The translations under genes were made by a program, and so were the position numbers. A stretch of DNA of 64,000 nucleotides from Thermoplasmatota archaeon. GTDB lineage: Archaea > Thermoplasmatota > Thermoplasmata > UBA10834. The notes beneath the pieces are model-generated. The model worked only from the letters and a program-made list of their open reading frames with translations, did no database searches and was not told where the DNA came from. The stretch lies in NCBI GenBank assembly GCA_040751795.1, contig JBFMHR010000003.1, forward strand, positions 13,586 to 77,585, written 5' to 3'. Positions 9,541-21,999 of this stretch are shown here, piece by piece. The first letter of the stretch is position 1. Every line of letters starts with the position of its first letter.

Positions 9541-10602
9541 ATGAAGATGGGGTCGGCGTACACGGGGCGGCTGCCCGAGGGCTGCGTCCTCTGCGAGAAG
9601 GGGGCCAAGATGGTCCTCCTCGTGACCGGCAGGTGCGCGAGGAGGTGCTGCTACTGCCCGCTGTCGGCGCAGAAGAAGGGCAGGGACGTCTTCTTCGCCA
9701 ACGAGAGGAGGGTGCGGACAGTCGGGGAGGCGCTCGACGAGGCGGCCCTCATGGACGCCCTCGGGACCGGCATCACCGGCGGTGACCCGCTCATCGCGGT
9801 CCAGAGGACCGCGGACTCCATCAGGGCCCTGAAGGAGCGGTTCGGCCCCGAGCACCACATACACCTCTACACCTCCACCACCGACACGGGGAGGATAGGG
9901 AGGGTCGCGCGCGCGGGCCTGGACGAGATACGGTTCCACCCGCCCGCCGGACTGTGGACGAGGCTCGAGGGGAGCGACTTCGCGAAGGCGCTGCGCTTCT
10001 CCAAGCGGAAGGGGATGGCCACGGGCCTCGAGGTGCCCGCGCTGCCCGGCCGCGGGAAGGAGCTCGCCGCGCTCGTCCGCTCCGCCGACGCGCTCGCCCT
10101 CGACTTCGTGAACCTCAACGAGCTGGAGTTCTCCGAGACGAACTGGAAGGCGCTGAGGGCGGCGGGGTCCGAAGTGAAGGACGACGTCTCGTCCGCGGTG
10201 CTCGGGAGCGAGGGGGTGGCGATGGGGCTGCTGAGGTCGGGCGCCGGCGTCCCGCTCCACTACTGCTCCTCCTCGTTCAAGGACGGGGTGCAGCTCAGGA
10301 GGAGGATCGCCCGGCGCGCGCGGAACGTGCGGCGGCCGCACGAGCTGCTGACCCGCGACGGCACCCTGCTCAAGGGCGTCGTGGAGACCGACGACCCCGA
10401 GGGCGTCGCGGGCATGCTGATCATGGACCACGACGTCCCGCCGAGGCTAATGTGCATAGACGAGGAGAAGGGGCGGCTCGAGGTGGCCGCGTGGGTCCTG
10501 GAGGAGCTGGCGCCGCAGCTGGGGCTCGATTCATACATGGTCGAGGAGTACCCGACGGCGGACAGGCTCGAGGTCGAGCGCAGGCCGCTCAGGCGACGCT
10601 GA
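9541..10602 (+). CDS. radical SAM protein (COG2108-like)
   Basis: Starts at ATG 9541 (MKMGSAYTG...). The listed ORF 8782.. is an antisense run-in over pyrF. Cluster motif GRCARRCCYCP (Cx3Cx2C). Confidence 0.75.
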   Translation: MKMGSAYTGRLPEGCVLCEKGAKMVLLVTGRCARRCCYCPLSAQKKGRDVFFANERRVRTVGEALDEAALMDALGTGITGGDPLIAVQRTADSIRALKERFGPEHHIHLYTSTTDTGRIGRVARAGLDEIRFHPPAGLWTRLEGSDFAKALRFSKRKGMATGLEVPALPGRGKELAALVRSADALALDFVNLNELEFSETNWKALRAAGSEVKDDVSSAVLGSEGVAMGLLRSGAGVPLHYCSSSFKDGVQLRRRIARRARNVRRPHELLTRDGTLLKGVVETDDPEGVAGMLIMDHDVPPRLMCIDEEKGRLEVAAWVLEELAPQLGLDSYMVEEYPTADRLEVERRPLRRR

Positions 10603-11014
10603 TGCTCTGGATGTTGTGGTGCCTGGAGACTATCTCCCTGGCGATCCTCAGGTTCCGGCCGTTCTTGCCTATGGCCTTCCCCTTCACCTTCGGGTCCACG
10701 GTCACCGTCGCGTGTATGATGGTCCCGCGGTCCTCGAGCGCGACCGACTGCACGCTGTAGGTGTGGAAGACGTTCTTCACGAAGGTCTCCGGGTCCTCGG
10801 AGTACTCTATGACGTGTATGTTCTTCCCCGTGAGGTTCTTGAGGCGTATGACGTTCTCCCCCTTCTTCCCCACGGCCCTGGAGCCCTGGTTCTTCTCCAC
10901 CACGAACACGAGCTTCTCCTCGGTCTCGAGGCAGTCCTTCACCTGGGTCCCCGTGACCTTCTCGAACAGGGAGATGTACCGGAGGGTGTCCCCCGTAAAG
11001 GTGATGTCGCCCAT
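10589..11014 (-). CDS. nusA: archaeal NusA-like transcription termination/antitermination factor (two KH domains)
   Basis: 141 aa with GxxG-type KH signatures (VGKKGENVIRL, IGKNGRNLRIA). Lies downstream of rpl30e in the canonical archaeal rpo cluster. Confidence 0.85.
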   Translation of the reverse strand: MGDITFTGDTLRYISLFEKVTGTQVKDCLETEEKLVFVVEKNQGSRAVGKKGENVIRLKNLTGKNIHVIEYSEDPETFVKNVFHTYSVQSVALEDRGTIIHATVTVDPKVKGKAIGKNGRNLRIAREIVSRHHNIQSISVA

Positions 11015-11027
11015 CTGGACCAGTCCT

Positions 11028-12745
<1,718 letters not shown>

Positions 12746-15535
12746 TCATCCCTCCTCCCCGCCGCCGACGTCGAAGTCCGGCTCCTCCTCCGCCTCCGGC
12801 TCCTCGGGCGTCTCGAGCAGGTCCCTGTCCTGGATGCCGTAGCTCACGACGCCCTTCTCCTGGACCTTGGCGATGAGCTCGCCCTTGTCGCCCAGAACGC
12901 TGAGTATGATGTCGTCCACGTCCACGGCCTCGCCCTGGACGCTCCTCGTCGGGTCGATGCCGTCCTCGCCGTACTCGAGCTGGATGATCGTGCCGGCCGT
13001 GTTCCTGACGGAGCCGTCCTGCATGACCTTCAGGTCCTCGAGGGCGTTGATGAGCCTCCTCTGCATGTAGCCGGACCTGGAGGTCCTGACCGCGGTGTCG
13101 ACGAGCCCCTCCCTGCCGCCCATCGAGTGGAAGAAGTACTCGGTCGGCGTCAGCCCGCTCTTGTAGGAGTTCTTGATGAAGCCCCTCGCCTCGGAGCCGA
13201 GGTCGCCCTTCTTGAAGTGCGGGAGGGTGCGGTTCCAGTACCCCCTGGACAGGCGCTCGCCACGGACGGCCTGCTGCCCTATGGCGCCGGCCATCTGCGA
13301 CAGGTTGAGCATCGAGCCCCTCGCGCCGCACCTGGCCATTATGACGGCCGAGTTCTCCATGCCGAGGTGCCTGCCCGCGATCTGGCCCGCGGTGTCCCTC
13401 GCCTTGCCCAGCACCTTCATGATCTCGACCTCGAGCGTCTCCTCGAGGGACCGGCCGGGCATCTGCTCGAGCTCGCCGCGCCTGTAGGCGCCGACGTGCT
13501 CCTCGACCTTCAGCCTCGCCTGGGTCATCGCGTCGTCTATCTCGCGCTTGGCCTGGTCGGGGATGTCCTCGTCGTCTATGCCGGTCGTGAAGCCGCGGAC
13601 CATTATGGCGCCTATGGCCATCTTGGTCGACCTGTCGATGAAGAGCCTCGCGGTGTCGGGGCCGTAGTCCCTGGACAGCTTGTCCAGGATGCGCCCCTTG
13701 AACGCGCCTATGGCCTTCTCGTCGATGGTTCCCGCGACCAGCTCGCCGTTGCGTATGACCACGAACGAGTCGTGCTCGCACGCCTCCTTCTTGCACTCGT
13801 CGCACCTCTGGCAGATGGACGACTTGAAGGTCATGTGCAGGTCCTTGGGCAGGATGAGGCTGAAGAGCTGCTTGCCGCCCCAGTAGTCGACCCCGCCCTC
13901 CTTGCCCGCGGGCTTGGGCATCTCGAGCATCGGGGTCTTCTCCATGATCCTCAGGGTCTCCTCCCTCGTGAACCTCGAGTCCTCGTGCGTGAGGAGGAAC
14001 GCGCCCGTGATGTGGTCGTGGATGCCCCCTATGACGGGGCCGCCGAACCTCGGGCTCAGGATGTGCTCCTGGACCCTCATCAGGACCTTGGCCTCGGCCC
14101 TCGCCTCCTCGCTCTGGAGCACGTGGAGGTTCATCTCGTCGCCGTCGAAGTCGGCGTTGTACGGCGGGCACACGCACAGGTTGAACCTGAAGGTCTTGTG
14201 GGGCATGACCCTCACCTCGTGCGCCATGATGGACATCCTGTGCAGGGACGGCTGCCTGTTGAACAGGACTATGTCGCCGTCCATCAGGTGCCTCTCGACG
14301 ATGTACCCGGCCTCGATCCCCTCGGCGACGGTCGCCGCGTTCTTGTCCGTGATCTTGATCCTGCGGCCGTCCGAGCGGATGACGTAGTTCACACCCGGCT
14401 TGTACGCGGGGCCAGGCGGGGCCGGTCCGCGCGCGGCCATCTCCTTCGCCGCGGCCAGGTTCTTGTCCGTGACCCTTATGGGCACCGTGAGCTCCCTCGC
14501 GGCCGCCTCCGGCACCCCGACCTCGTTGACCGAGAGCATCGGGTCCGGGGATATGACCGTCCTGGCGGAGAAGTTGACCCTCTTGCCGGACAGGTTCGAC
14601 CTGAACCTGCCCTCCTTGCCCTTGAGCCTCTGGACGAGGGTCTTCAGGGGCCTGCCCGACCTGTGCCTCGCGGGCGGGATGCCCGAGGTCTGGTTGTCGA
14701 AGTAGGTCGTGACGTGGTACTGCAGGAGCTCCCAGAGGTCCTCGACGATGAGCTGGGGCGCGCCCGCGTCCCTGTTCTCCCTCAGCCGCTGGTTGATCCT
14801 CAGGACGTCGACGAGCTTGTGCGTGACGTCGTCCTCGGACCTGTCGCCGGACTCGAGGGTGATGGACGGCCTCACCGTCACCGGCGGGACCGGCAGCGCG
14901 GTCAGGACCATCCACTCCGGCCTCGAGACCGTCGGGTCCATGCCGAGCGCTATCAGGTCGGCGTCGGGTATGCGCTCAAGCCTCTCCCTGACCTCCTTGG
15001 GGGTGAGCTTGTGCCCCTCCTCCCTGAAGGTCGTGGGCTTGTCGAGCGTTATCTTCAGCTGGACGGTGCTGCAGTGCGGGCAGGTGGTCCTCGAGGCCGC
15101 GTCCTTCGCCGCCTCCTTGGTGACCGTGGCGGTGTCCAGGGTGTCGCCGCCGAGCTCCTCCATCCTGTCCCTCTGCTTGATGTACTCGGCAGCCTGCTCG
15201 CCCGTGAGCAGCAGCCTGCCGCAGGAGCGGCAGGTGGACTGCAGGAGCTTCTTGATCTCCTTGACGTAGCCCACGTGGATGACCGGCATCGCCAGGTCGA
15301 TGTGCCCGAAGTGGCCGGGGCACTCGTCGACCTTCTTCCCGCAGGTCTTGCACCTGAGGCCGGGCTCTATGACCCCGAGGTGGGGGTCCATCAGGCCCAT
15401 GTCTATCGGGAAGCCGTCGTCGTCGTAGGTGTCGGCGGTGATGATCTTCGTCGCGCTCATCTTCCGTATCTCGTCCGGGGACAGCTGCGCGAACTTTATC
15501 GCAGATATCCTCTTGGTCACGCCTGAGATCATCAT
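12746..15535 (-). CDS. rpoA1: DNA-directed RNA polymerase subunit A'
   Basis: Start [25 protein letters not shown] at 15535, with ATGA overlap onto the rpoB stop. The listed ORF start 15658 lies inside rpoB. Zn motifs [17 protein letters not shown] and the catalytic [10 protein letters not shown] are present. Confidence 0.92.
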   Translation of the reverse strand: MMISGVTKRISAIKFAQLSPDEIRKMSATKIITADTYDDDGFPIDMGLMDPHLGVIEPGLRCKTCGKKVDECPGHFGHIDLAMPVIHVGYVKEIKKLLQSTCRSCGRLLLTGEQAAEYIKQRDRMEELGGDTLDTATVTKEAAKDAASRTTCPHCSTVQLKITLDKPTTFREEGHKLTPKEVRERLERIPDADLIALGMDPTVSRPEWMVLTALPVPPVTVRPSITLESGDRSEDDVTHKLVDVLRINQRLRENRDAGAPQLIVEDLWELLQYHVTTYFDNQTSGIPPARHRSGRPLKTLVQRLKGKEGRFRSNLSGKRVNFSARTVISPDPMLSVNEVGVPEAAARELTVPIRVTDKNLAAAKEMAARGPAPPGPAYKPGVNYVIRSDGRRIKITDKNAATVAEGIEAGYIVERHLMDGDIVLFNRQPSLHRMSIMAHEVRVMPHKTFRFNLCVCPPYNADFDGDEMNLHVLQSEEARAEAKVLMRVQEHILSPRFGGPVIGGIHDHITGAFLLTHEDSRFTREETLRIMEKTPMLEMPKPAGKEGGVDYWGGKQLFSLILPKDLHMTFKSSICQRCDECKKEACEHDSFVVIRNGELVAGTIDEKAIGAFKGRILDKLSRDYGPDTARLFIDRSTKMAIGAIMVRGFTTGIDDEDIPDQAKREIDDAMTQARLKVEEHVGAYRRGELEQMPGRSLEETLEVEIMKVLGKARDTAGQIAGRHLGMENSAVIMARCGARGSMLNLSQMAGAIGQQAVRGERLSRGYWNRTLPHFKKGDLGSEARGFIKNSYKSGLTPTEYFFHSMGGREGLVDTAVRTSRSGYMQRRLINALEDLKVMQDGSVRNTAGTIIQLEYGEDGIDPTRSVQGEAVDVDDIILSVLGDKGELIAKVQEKGVVSYGIQDRDLLETPEEPEAEEEPDFDVGGGEEG

Positions 15536-18500
15536 TTCAAGTCCTCCAGCTGAAGGCGCATGACCACGCCTAACGAGAGCAGCTCGTCGAGGAGCAGCTT
15601 GAAGGCGTACGAGGTCTGCACCTGGTAGATCTTCGAGTTGTTCCCGCAGACGGGGCACCTCAGGGTGCCGCGCCTGTCGAGTATGGCGATGTGGCCGCAG
15701 CTCGGGTTGCCGCAGACGTACTGGAGCGTCCCGTCGGACTCGTCCAGCAGCCTGTCCTTGATGACCATGGCCGCGCCGTGGCCTATCAGGCAGTCCCTCT
15801 CCATCTCACCGAACCTCAGGCCGCCCTGCCTCGAGCGCCCCTCGGTCGGCTGCCTGGTGAGTATCTGGACCGGGCCCCTGCTCCTGACGTGGAGCTTGCC
15901 CGAGACCATGTGGTGCAGCTTCTGGTAGTAGATGACGCCGACGAAGACCTCGGCCTCGACCTTGCGGCCGGTGATCCCGTCGTACATGATCTCCTTGCCG
16001 TTCTGCTTGAAGCCGTTCTTGACGAGGGCGTCCCTGAGGGCCTCCTCCCTCTCGCCGCTGAAGGGGGTGCCGTCTATGAACCTGCCCTCCATCGAGCCGA
16101 CCTTGCCGCCGATCATCTCCAGCACGTGCGCCACGGTCATACGCGACGGGATGGCGTGCGGGTTGATGATCAGGTCGGGGATGAGCCCGTCCTCCGTGAA
16201 CGGCATGTCCTCCTGCGGGACCAGCAGCCCGACGACGCCCTTCTGGCCGTGCCTGGACGCGAACTTGTCCCCGAGCTCCGGGGTCCTCTCGTCCCTGACC
16301 TTGACCTTGACGAGCCTCGAGCCGTTCTCCGACTCAGTCAGCATGACGGAGTCGACCCAGCCCTTCTCGCCAGGCCTGACGGTGACGGACGTCTCCCTCC
16401 TCTTCTGGGGGGTCAGGAAGTCCGCCTCCTCCTCGAGGAACCTCGGGGGCGATGTCTTCCCTATCAGGACGTCGCCGCCCTCGACCCTCGTCTCGGGGCT
16501 GATGAGGCCGTCCTCGCCCAGGTTGCTGTAGGAGAGGTCGGCCCTGGCGCCCCTGACGTCCGGGCTCGGGATCTCGAAGTGGTCCTCCTGGCCTCCGGGG
16601 TACCTGCGCTCCTCGGCCCTGTACGTCCTCATGAAGGACGAGCGGCCCAGGCCGCGCTCCACGGAGGCCCTGTTCATGACTATGGCGTCCTCCATGTTGT
16701 AGCCCTGGTACGACATGATCGCGACCACGAAGTTCTGCCCGGCCGGCCTCTGCGCGAACGCGACGAAGTCCATCGGCTTCGTGGTCGTCAGGGGCTTCTG
16801 CGGGTAGTGCATCACGTGGCTCCTGGTGTCGGGCCTCGTCCTGTAGTTGGACGAGCTCAGGCCGAGCGACTGCTTGGCCATGCCGGACCCCATGGTGACC
16901 CTGGGGCTCGAGTTGTGCTCCGGGTACGGGACCAGCGCCGAGCAGACGCCGAGGATGACCATCGGGTCTATCTCGACATGGGTGTGCTCGTCCCTGAGCA
17001 GGGACTCGACCTGGACGGTGCCGCCGCAGCCCTTGCACTCGAGGACGACCTTGCCCTCCTCGCCGGGGTTGCGCCAGTCGACGTCCGTCTCGGACAGGAG
17101 CTTGCCGCAGTGGTCGCACTTCTGGGGGGCGTGGTAGGCCGACACGGCGGTGTACGAGTCCTCCTCCTCCTCGGCGTCGATCCACTCGACGACGCCCTCG
17201 CGGATCAGGTCCGACCACTTGGCCTTGTGCGACCTCATGTCGTCTATGTGCCTGTGGTTCATGAGGGTCTTGCCGTGGCGGACGACGAGCAGAGGCCTCC
17301 TCAGCCTGCCCTCGTCGCAGTTGATTATGATCTCGTTCATGTTGTCGTCGAAGCGGATGTTGACCTCGGACGAGAGCAGGCCCGAGCGCCTCCTCTGCCT
17401 GATCTCCTCGACGAGCTCCTTGGGCTTGTCGTGGAGGCCGATGAGGTCCCCGTTGACGTAGACCCTGGTCTCGGTGGTCTGCTGCTCGCTGACGTCCTTG
17501 ACGCCGAGGTCGCGCAGCAGCCAGATGACCTCCTTGTCGTCCGTGCCCTCGCTCACGTCGACTATGAGCGCGCAGTTCTTGACCAGGCCGCAGTTCTGTC
17601 CCTCAGGGGTCTCGTTCGGGCACAGCCTCCCCCACTGGGTGGGGTGCAGGTCACGCGCCTCGAAGTGCGGCTGGCTCCTCGTGAGCGGGGACGTGACGCG
17701 CCTCAGGTGCGAGAGCGCGCTCATGTTGGACGTGCGGTCCAGGAGCTGCGACACACCGGCCCTGCCGCCGACCCAGTTGCCCGTCGCGAACGCGTGGAGC
17801 AGCCTGTGGGTGAGCAGGTCCGGCCTTATGGCCGACGATATCCTCAGGCCCTTCTTCCGGGTGTAGCCCCTCTCGAGCTGGTACTTCAGGTCCTTGATCA
17901 GGTTGGTGAACGCGACCCTGAAGAGGTCCTCCATCAGGTCGCCCGCGAGCTTGAGCCTCTTGTTCGCGTAGTGGTCCTTGTCGTCCTCCTTCCGCTTGCC
18001 GAGCTCCAGCTCCAGTATCGTGCGCGCGACGCGGCCGAGGAATATGGACTTCTTCATCCTCGCGTCCGCGGTGTCGCCCAGGTGCGGCAGGAGCGAGCGG
18101 TCGATGATGCTCTCGACCTTCTTGGCCCTGTACTCCTTGGCCTGGCCCGTGGCGAACTTGCGCTCCAGGAACAGTATCGCGTCCTCGGTCGTGTATATGC
18201 CGTTCGGGGGGTACAGCTTCTTGTTCTGGCACTCCTCGATGTTGGCATAGACTATGTTGGCCATCTGCGGGTCGGAGACTATGGACTTGTAGATCTCCTC
18301 GTCGCTCTCCATCCCGAGGGCCTTCATGAGCACTATGAGCGGTATCTGGCCCGAGGCCGCGGGGACCGAGACGACGAGTATGCCGTCCTTCTTCTTCTCC
18401 ATCAGGGTGAGGGCCCTGTACCCCTCCTTCTGCGAGAAGACCTTGGCGACGTGCAGGCTGGTGCCGTACCTCTCGTTGGTCTCGACCATCACCCTGTTCG

Positions 18501-19122
18501 GGGCTAGGTCCTCCAGGGATATGAGCGCCCTCTCGGTGCCGCCGATGATGAAGTAGCCGCCCGGGTCGCAGAGGTCCTCGCCCATGTCGACCAGGAACTT
18601 GTCGGCCTCCTCGGGCGTCGGCTCCCGGTCTATCTCGATGTTGTCCTTGTGCAGGTTGCACTTCTTGGACTTGACCATCACGGGCAGGTCGCCGATGTGG
18701 ACCTTCTCGGGCTCCCTCTCGATGCCGTCCTCCAGTATGGTGAACTCGAGCATGATGGGGGCGGAGTAGTTGAGGTTCCTCAGCCTGGCCTCCATGGGGT
18801 AGAGGTCGTGGGTGGCGCCGTTGGCCTCCTTGATGACCGGCCTCCCGACGTTTATCGTCGGCCTGGCCGACGGGTCGATGAGACCTGTCTTCTCGTCCCT
18901 CTTCCGGCCGATCCTGATCTCGATGATCTTCCCCTCGGTCCTGTCGGGGTCGAGCCGGATTATGCCCCTGTCGCTCTCGTCAGGGGACGCGCGGACGTTG
19001 TCCACGATCTTCTGCATCCTGCTGTTCGGGTGGTCTATGGTCGGCAGGAAGTCGTTGTACGACGCTATGTGGTGGTTGACGATGCTCCGCTCTCGGAAAT
19101 AGGTTTCCACAAGTTCCCTCAA
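15532..19122 (-). CDS. rpoB: DNA-directed RNA polymerase subunit B (unsplit)
   Basis: 1196 aa single ORF. ...[10 protein letters not shown]..., [19 protein letters not shown]-terminal Zn ribbon CGNPSCGH...CPVCGN. Confidence 0.95.
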   Translation of the reverse strand: MRELVETYFRERSIVNHHIASYNDFLPTIDHPNSRMQKIVDNVRASPDESDRGIIRLDPDRTEGKIIEIRIGRKRDEKTGLIDPSARPTINVGRPVIKEANGATHDLYPMEARLRNLNYSAPIMLEFTILEDGIEREPEKVHIGDLPVMVKSKKCNLHKDNIEIDREPTPEEADKFLVDMGEDLCDPGGYFIIGGTERALISLEDLAPNRVMVETNERYGTSLHVAKVFSQKEGYRALTLMEKKKDGILVVSVPAASGQIPLIVLMKALGMESDEEIYKSIVSDPQMANIVYANIEECQNKKLYPPNGIYTTEDAILFLERKFATGQAKEYRAKKVESIIDRSLLPHLGDTADARMKKSIFLGRVARTILELELGKRKEDDKDHYANKRLKLAGDLMEDLFRVAFTNLIKDLKYQLERGYTRKKGLRISSAIRPDLLTHRLLHAFATGNWVGGRAGVSQLLDRTSNMSALSHLRRVTSPLTRSQPHFEARDLHPTQWGRLCPNETPEGQNCGLVKNCALIVDVSEGTDDKEVIWLLRDLGVKDVSEQQTTETRVYVNGDLIGLHDKPKELVEEIRQRRRSGLLSSEVNIRFDDNMNEIIINCDEGRLRRPLLVVRHGKTLMNHRHIDDMRSHKAKWSDLIREGVVEWIDAEEEEDSYTAVSAYHAPQKCDHCGKLLSETDVDWRNPGEEGKVVLECKGCGGTVQVESLLRDEHTHVEIDPMVILGVCSALVPYPEHNSSPRVTMGSGMAKQSLGLSSSNYRTRPDTRSHVMHYPQKPLTTTKPMDFVAFAQRPAGQNFVVAIMSYQGYNMEDAIVMNRASVERGLGRSSFMRTYRAEERRYPGGQEDHFEIPSPDVRGARADLSYSNLGEDGLISPETRVEGGDVLIGKTSPPRFLEEEADFLTPQKRRETSVTVRPGEKGWVDSVMLTESENGSRLVKVKVRDERTPELGDKFASRHGQKGVVGLLVPQEDMPFTEDGLIPDLIINPHAIPSRMTVAHVLEMIGGKVGSMEGRFIDGTPFSGEREEALRDALVKNGFKQNGKEIMYDGITGRKVEAEVFVGVIYYQKLHHMVSGKLHVRSRGPVQILTRQPTEGRSRQGGLRFGEMERDCLIGHGAAMVIKDRLLDESDGTLQYVCGNPSCGHIAILDRRGTLRCPVCGNNSKIYQVQTSYAFKLLLDELLSLGVVMRLQLEDLK

Positions 19123-19126
19123 GGGT

Positions 19127-19384
19127 TCACCCCCGCACTACCAGCCGGTAGCTGGTCGATACGCCGCTGGTCCGGCTGCGCCTCACGATCTTGACTACCA
19201 TTCCCTCTTCGACTGGGCCCGATATCGCGTCCAGCGCGCGAATGCACGGGTCCGAGATCCTGATCTTCGGAAGCTGGTCCTTCGTCAGCTTCAGGTCGTT
19301 CAGGACCTTCTCGGCCTCCTTCTCCGACAGGAGATGATGCTCGGGCACGAGCTCATGCTCCAGAACGTTAAATTCTCCGGCCAT
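19127..19384 (-). CDS. rpoH: DNA-directed RNA polymerase subunit H
   Basis: 85 aa; [19 protein letters not shown]...LPKIRISDP...G.VVKIVR.S.T. Sits immediately upstream of rpoB. Confidence 0.9.
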   Translation of the reverse strand: MAGEFNVLEHELVPEHHLLSEKEAEKVLNDLKLTKDQLPKIRISDPCIRALDAISGPVEEGMVVKIVRRSRTSGVSTSYRLVVRG

Positions 19385-19464
19385 CTAGATCACCGCACGA
19401 GCGCTAGGATGTCCAACTGGTCGACTCTCCCCCGTTTCTCCCACTGACCGATCCCGACGCCCGG

Positions 19465-19609
19465 CGGGCCCGCGGGGATTTCCGAGACTAGTCTGTGAGG
19501 CATAGTCATTCGAACCCCGGGCCACCTGCTTAAAAGGCAGATGCTCTTTCTAGGGAAACCGATACATCGAGAATGCATGAGATTTCCTACCTAGCTGAGC
19601 TACGGGCCC
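19465..19609 (-). tRNA. tRNA-Lys (anticodon UUU) interrupted by two putative non-canonical introns (D-arm ~41 nt, T-loop ~30 nt)
   Basis: The minus strand reads GGGCCCG-UA-GCUC-AGCUAGGUA-[41 nt]-GAGC-A-UCUGC-CUUUUAA-GCAGG-UGGCC-CGGGG-UUCGAAU-[30 nt]-CCCCG-CGGGCCC-G. All four stems pair once the two inserts are removed, giving a mature length of 74 nt. CCA is not encoded. Intron borders are ambiguous by 1-3 nt. Confidence 0.7.
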
Positions 19610-19660
19610 TGGGCGGCGTGGATACCCTAGGCTGCGTTAGCAGGCCGTGTAGTCTCTTCG

Positions 19661-19670
19661 AGTATTTAAT
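19661..19670 (-). promoter_or_regulatory. candidate TATA box upstream of tRNA-Lys (and possibly of the rpoH operon)
   Basis: The minus strand reads CATTAAATACTC about 52-60 nt upstream of the tRNA 5' end. No TATA-like element is visible between the tRNA and rpoH. Confidence 0.3.
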
Positions 19671-19776
19671 GACTCCTTTCAATCCACCCCTTTCCCACCG
19701 GAGGGGGCGTTGTCCGTGTTTTTTAGGGCCGAATTGAATATAATTACGGTAATAAATCATCGGTTCTCAGCAACTG

Positions 19777-20305
19777 TTATGAAGGTTTCCCATGCGACCT
19801 CGTGTCATGCCGACCGGCCTGACCCTCCCGCCCCGCCGCCGATGAGAGCACCTCCCTGACGTATGCCCGGACCATGTCCTCCCAGCGCGGGGAGAGCGGC
19901 CCCCTGATGGAGACCACCCCCACCTTCAGCACGGGCGTGTGGACCCTGACGCCCCTCGAGCGCGCGATGTCGTGCATCTTCGCGGCGGCGCTCGCGCCGT
20001 CCTCGTCGATGATCCCCTGCATCCCGGTGTCGAACGCCGCGACGCTCCTCCCGCCCCAAGCCTCGGGGTCGAGGCGGCTCACCACCTTCCTCATCCTGCC
20101 CGTCATCGTCCCGAGCCTCGTGGGCGATCCCAGGAAGAGGATGTCCCCCGTGACGGGGCGCCTGAGCGCGTCCTTCGCCCTCACGACCTCCGCGGAGTGG
20201 CCCTCCTCCTCGAGGACCTGAGCGAGCATCCTTGCGACGAGCTCCGTGTTGCCGTAGACGCTGTCGTAGACTATGGTCCCCTTCGTCGCGGCCCCCCTCG
20301 GCCAT
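19777..20305 (-). CDS. flavodoxin-like protein; 5' end disrupted or non-canonical (see findings)
   Basis: KGTIVYDSVYGNTELVARMLAQVLEEEGH...ILFLGSPT is a flavodoxin N-terminal signature. The only well-placed ATG (20305, downstream of TATATAAT) is one frame off. The frames meet in a G6 run (20292-20297). Confidence 0.6.
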
Positions 20306-20360
20306 GGTGCTATAGGATTATATACAGATAGGCTATTCCTCAGCCCCGAGGTAGGAGAAT

Positions 20361-20531
20361 TTGGAAGGCCAGGAGAAGGTCTGCTCCTCATGCGGCATCC
20401 GTCTCGTCAGGAAGACGGAGACCACGTTCCGGTGCCCGAAGTGCGGGCAGGCCGAGATCGGACGGTGCATGAACTGCAGGGATCAGAGCGTGCACTACAG
20501 GTGCCCCGCGTGCGGGTTCGTCGGCCCGTGA
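20361..20531 (+). CDS. small Zn-ribbon protein (the type usually paired with aEF-1beta)
   Basis: Not in the ORF track (56 aa). TTG start preceded by AGGAG. Translation [56 protein letters not shown] has four CxxC pairs. The stop is 1 nt before the ef1b start. Confidence 0.65.
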   Translation: MEGQEKVCSSCGIRLVRKTETTFRCPKCGQAEIGRCMNCRDQSVHYRCPACGFVGP

Positions 20532-20532
20532 G

Positions 20533-20808
20533 GTGTTTTCCATGGGAGAGGTCGGCCTCCAATACAGGGTCCTGCCCGAAGGGCTCGAAGTGGACCTAGA
20601 CAAGCTCGAGAAGGATATCAGGGCGAAGCTGCCTGCGGGCGCGGTCCTCAAGGCGGCGGAGAAGAGGCCCGTCGCGTTCGGGCTCAAGGCGCTGCACGTG
20701 CTCATAGTCCTCGACGACAAGAAGGGCGGGGCGGAGCAGGTCGAGTCGGCCATAGCCGAGGTGCCCGGCGTGCAGAGCGTCGAGATAGTCGAGATGGGGC
20801 TGCTCTGA
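20533..20808 (+). CDS. translation elongation factor aEF-1 beta
   Basis: 91 aa; MGEVGLQYRVLPEG.EVDLDKLEKDIRAKLP....L.....PVAFGLKAL........D..GG...VE..I..V.GV.SVE is the aEF-1beta pattern. Confidence 0.85.
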   Translation: MFSMGEVGLQYRVLPEGLEVDLDKLEKDIRAKLPAGAVLKAAEKRPVAFGLKALHVLIVLDDKKGGAEQVESAIAEVPGVQSVEIVEMGLL

Positions 20809-20826
20809 GGGGCCGCCCGTTCCGCA

Positions 20827-21369
20827 TCACTTCTTCTTAGGCTTGGCCTTGGAGGCCGGCGAGGCGTAGGACCTCAGTATGTCCCTGAGCTCCCCCTGCA
20901 GCCTGACGCTCTGGGCGTAGTGCTCGTCGTCCTGGGAGAGGAGGTGGGCGAACTCCGTCATGGACTGCTTGGTGAGGAAGGGCACGTCCCCCATCTCGCC
21001 GATCTTGTCCGACCACTCGTGGGTCTTGCAGCAGCTCTCGATGTCCTTGACCAGCTTCGCGACCTTGGCGACGGCATCCGTCTCGGGGTTGAGCAGGAGC
21101 CCGAGCTTGGCGAGCCCCTCGAGGGTGGCCTTGGCCTGCTCCTCGTAGGTCTGCTTCCGGGCGGCCTCGCCGTGGGCGAGCATGAACATCTCCGCGGCGG
21201 ACCTGTAGTACGTCTCTATGAAGTGGCCGACGCGCTCCTCGCGGGCGACCTCGACCATGCCCGCGGCCTTCATCTTCCTGATGTGGTGGTAGATCGCCTG
21301 AGCGGTGAGGCCCATCTCGGACGCTATCTGGCTGACGGTCATCTCCTTGACCCTGAGGAGGTAGATCAC
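20827..21369 (-). CDS. ArsR-family winged-helix transcription regulator
   Basis: ...LLADETRRKVIYLLRVKEMTVSQIASEMGLTAQAIYHHIRKMKAAGMV is an ArsR HTH. The first canonical start is GTG 21369, but the homologous helix 1 extends upstream (see findings). Confidence 0.7.
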   Translation of the reverse strand: MIYLLRVKEMTVSQIASEMGLTAQAIYHHIRKMKAAGMVEVAREERVGHFIETYYRSAAEMFMLAHGEAARKQTYEEQAKATLEGLAKLGLLLNPETDAVAKVAKLVKDIESCCKTHEWSDKIGEMGDVPFLTKQSMTEFAHLLSQDDEHYAQSVRLQGELRDILRSYASPASKAKPKKK

Positions 21370-21621
21370 CTTCCTCCGGGTCTCATCGGCCAGCAGCTCG
21401 AACGCCTTGGGGTCCTTGATGGTCTTGATGCTCTTCAGGACTAATCACCGTTAAAACATATTGTATCGCTGTAATATAATGCTTTTCGCACTAACATGTC
21501 GTTTTCCGTACTATCACAACCATGTTGCTGATTAAAACGATGGTTTTATTAGGTAAATCTGCTATTAGCACCATGACAAGGAGCTGAGCGAGGTGTACGC
21601 GAAGAACACCGCAGGAGTCCC

Positions 21622-21999
21622 ATGGGCTCGGACGTATCGGGTGCGACCAGTCGCGCTCTCTGGGATCTGGATGAAGGCAGAGATAGCCTCGAGGGGGCGC
21701 GCGATATGAGCCTGGGGCACCACGTACTCCCCTCCGCCAGGAGGGTCGACGCCGAGGTCAGGCGGTACGTCCGGTCAGAGTACGGGGAGAGGGACCCGTG
21801 CTGGTTCTCCTCCGCATGCGCCGGTGGCCCGCCCAAGGGGTGGGCCGCGGAGCGTGCGGCGGCGGGGGCTGTTGCGCCCCTCGCCATGCGCGGCGACAAT
21901 GCCCGCGCGGAGCGCTGCTGCCCTGTCCTGAACGCTCTGGGCGACAACCGGCTCACCAAGGGGCTGGCCTCGAGGGGTGGGGTAGCTGGAGAGCCTTGA
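21622..21999 (+). CDS. hypothetical protein, possibly frameshifted from a C-terminal zinc ribbon at 21986-22105
   Basis: Only part of the ORF has genome-typical codon usage (AGG, GAC, GAG, GTC). The +1 frame immediately downstream encodes ...TCSYCGRSCDCGSAQCPKCGNVFRKERKG* with no start codon. Confidence 0.25.
   Translation: MGSDVSGATSRALWDLDEGRDSLEGARDMSLGHHVLPSARRVDAEVRRYVRSEYGERDPCWFSSACAGGPPKGWAAERAAAGAVAPLAMRGDNARAERCCPVLNALGDNRLTKGLASRGGVAGEP

Noticed and set aside
19390-19578. 62-aa minus-strand ORF.
   Set aside because: It lies entirely within the intron-containing tRNA-Lys gene and its 3' flank, and its translation has no protein-like features.
21440-21560. AT-rich spacer as an origin or ncRNA, and a 12-mer (TGTATCGCTGTA) shared with 36485-36496.
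   Set aside because: The spacer is adequately explained as a promoter region for the ArsR gene. A single shared 12-mer is expected by chance many times over in 64 kb when both strands and all pairs are considered.
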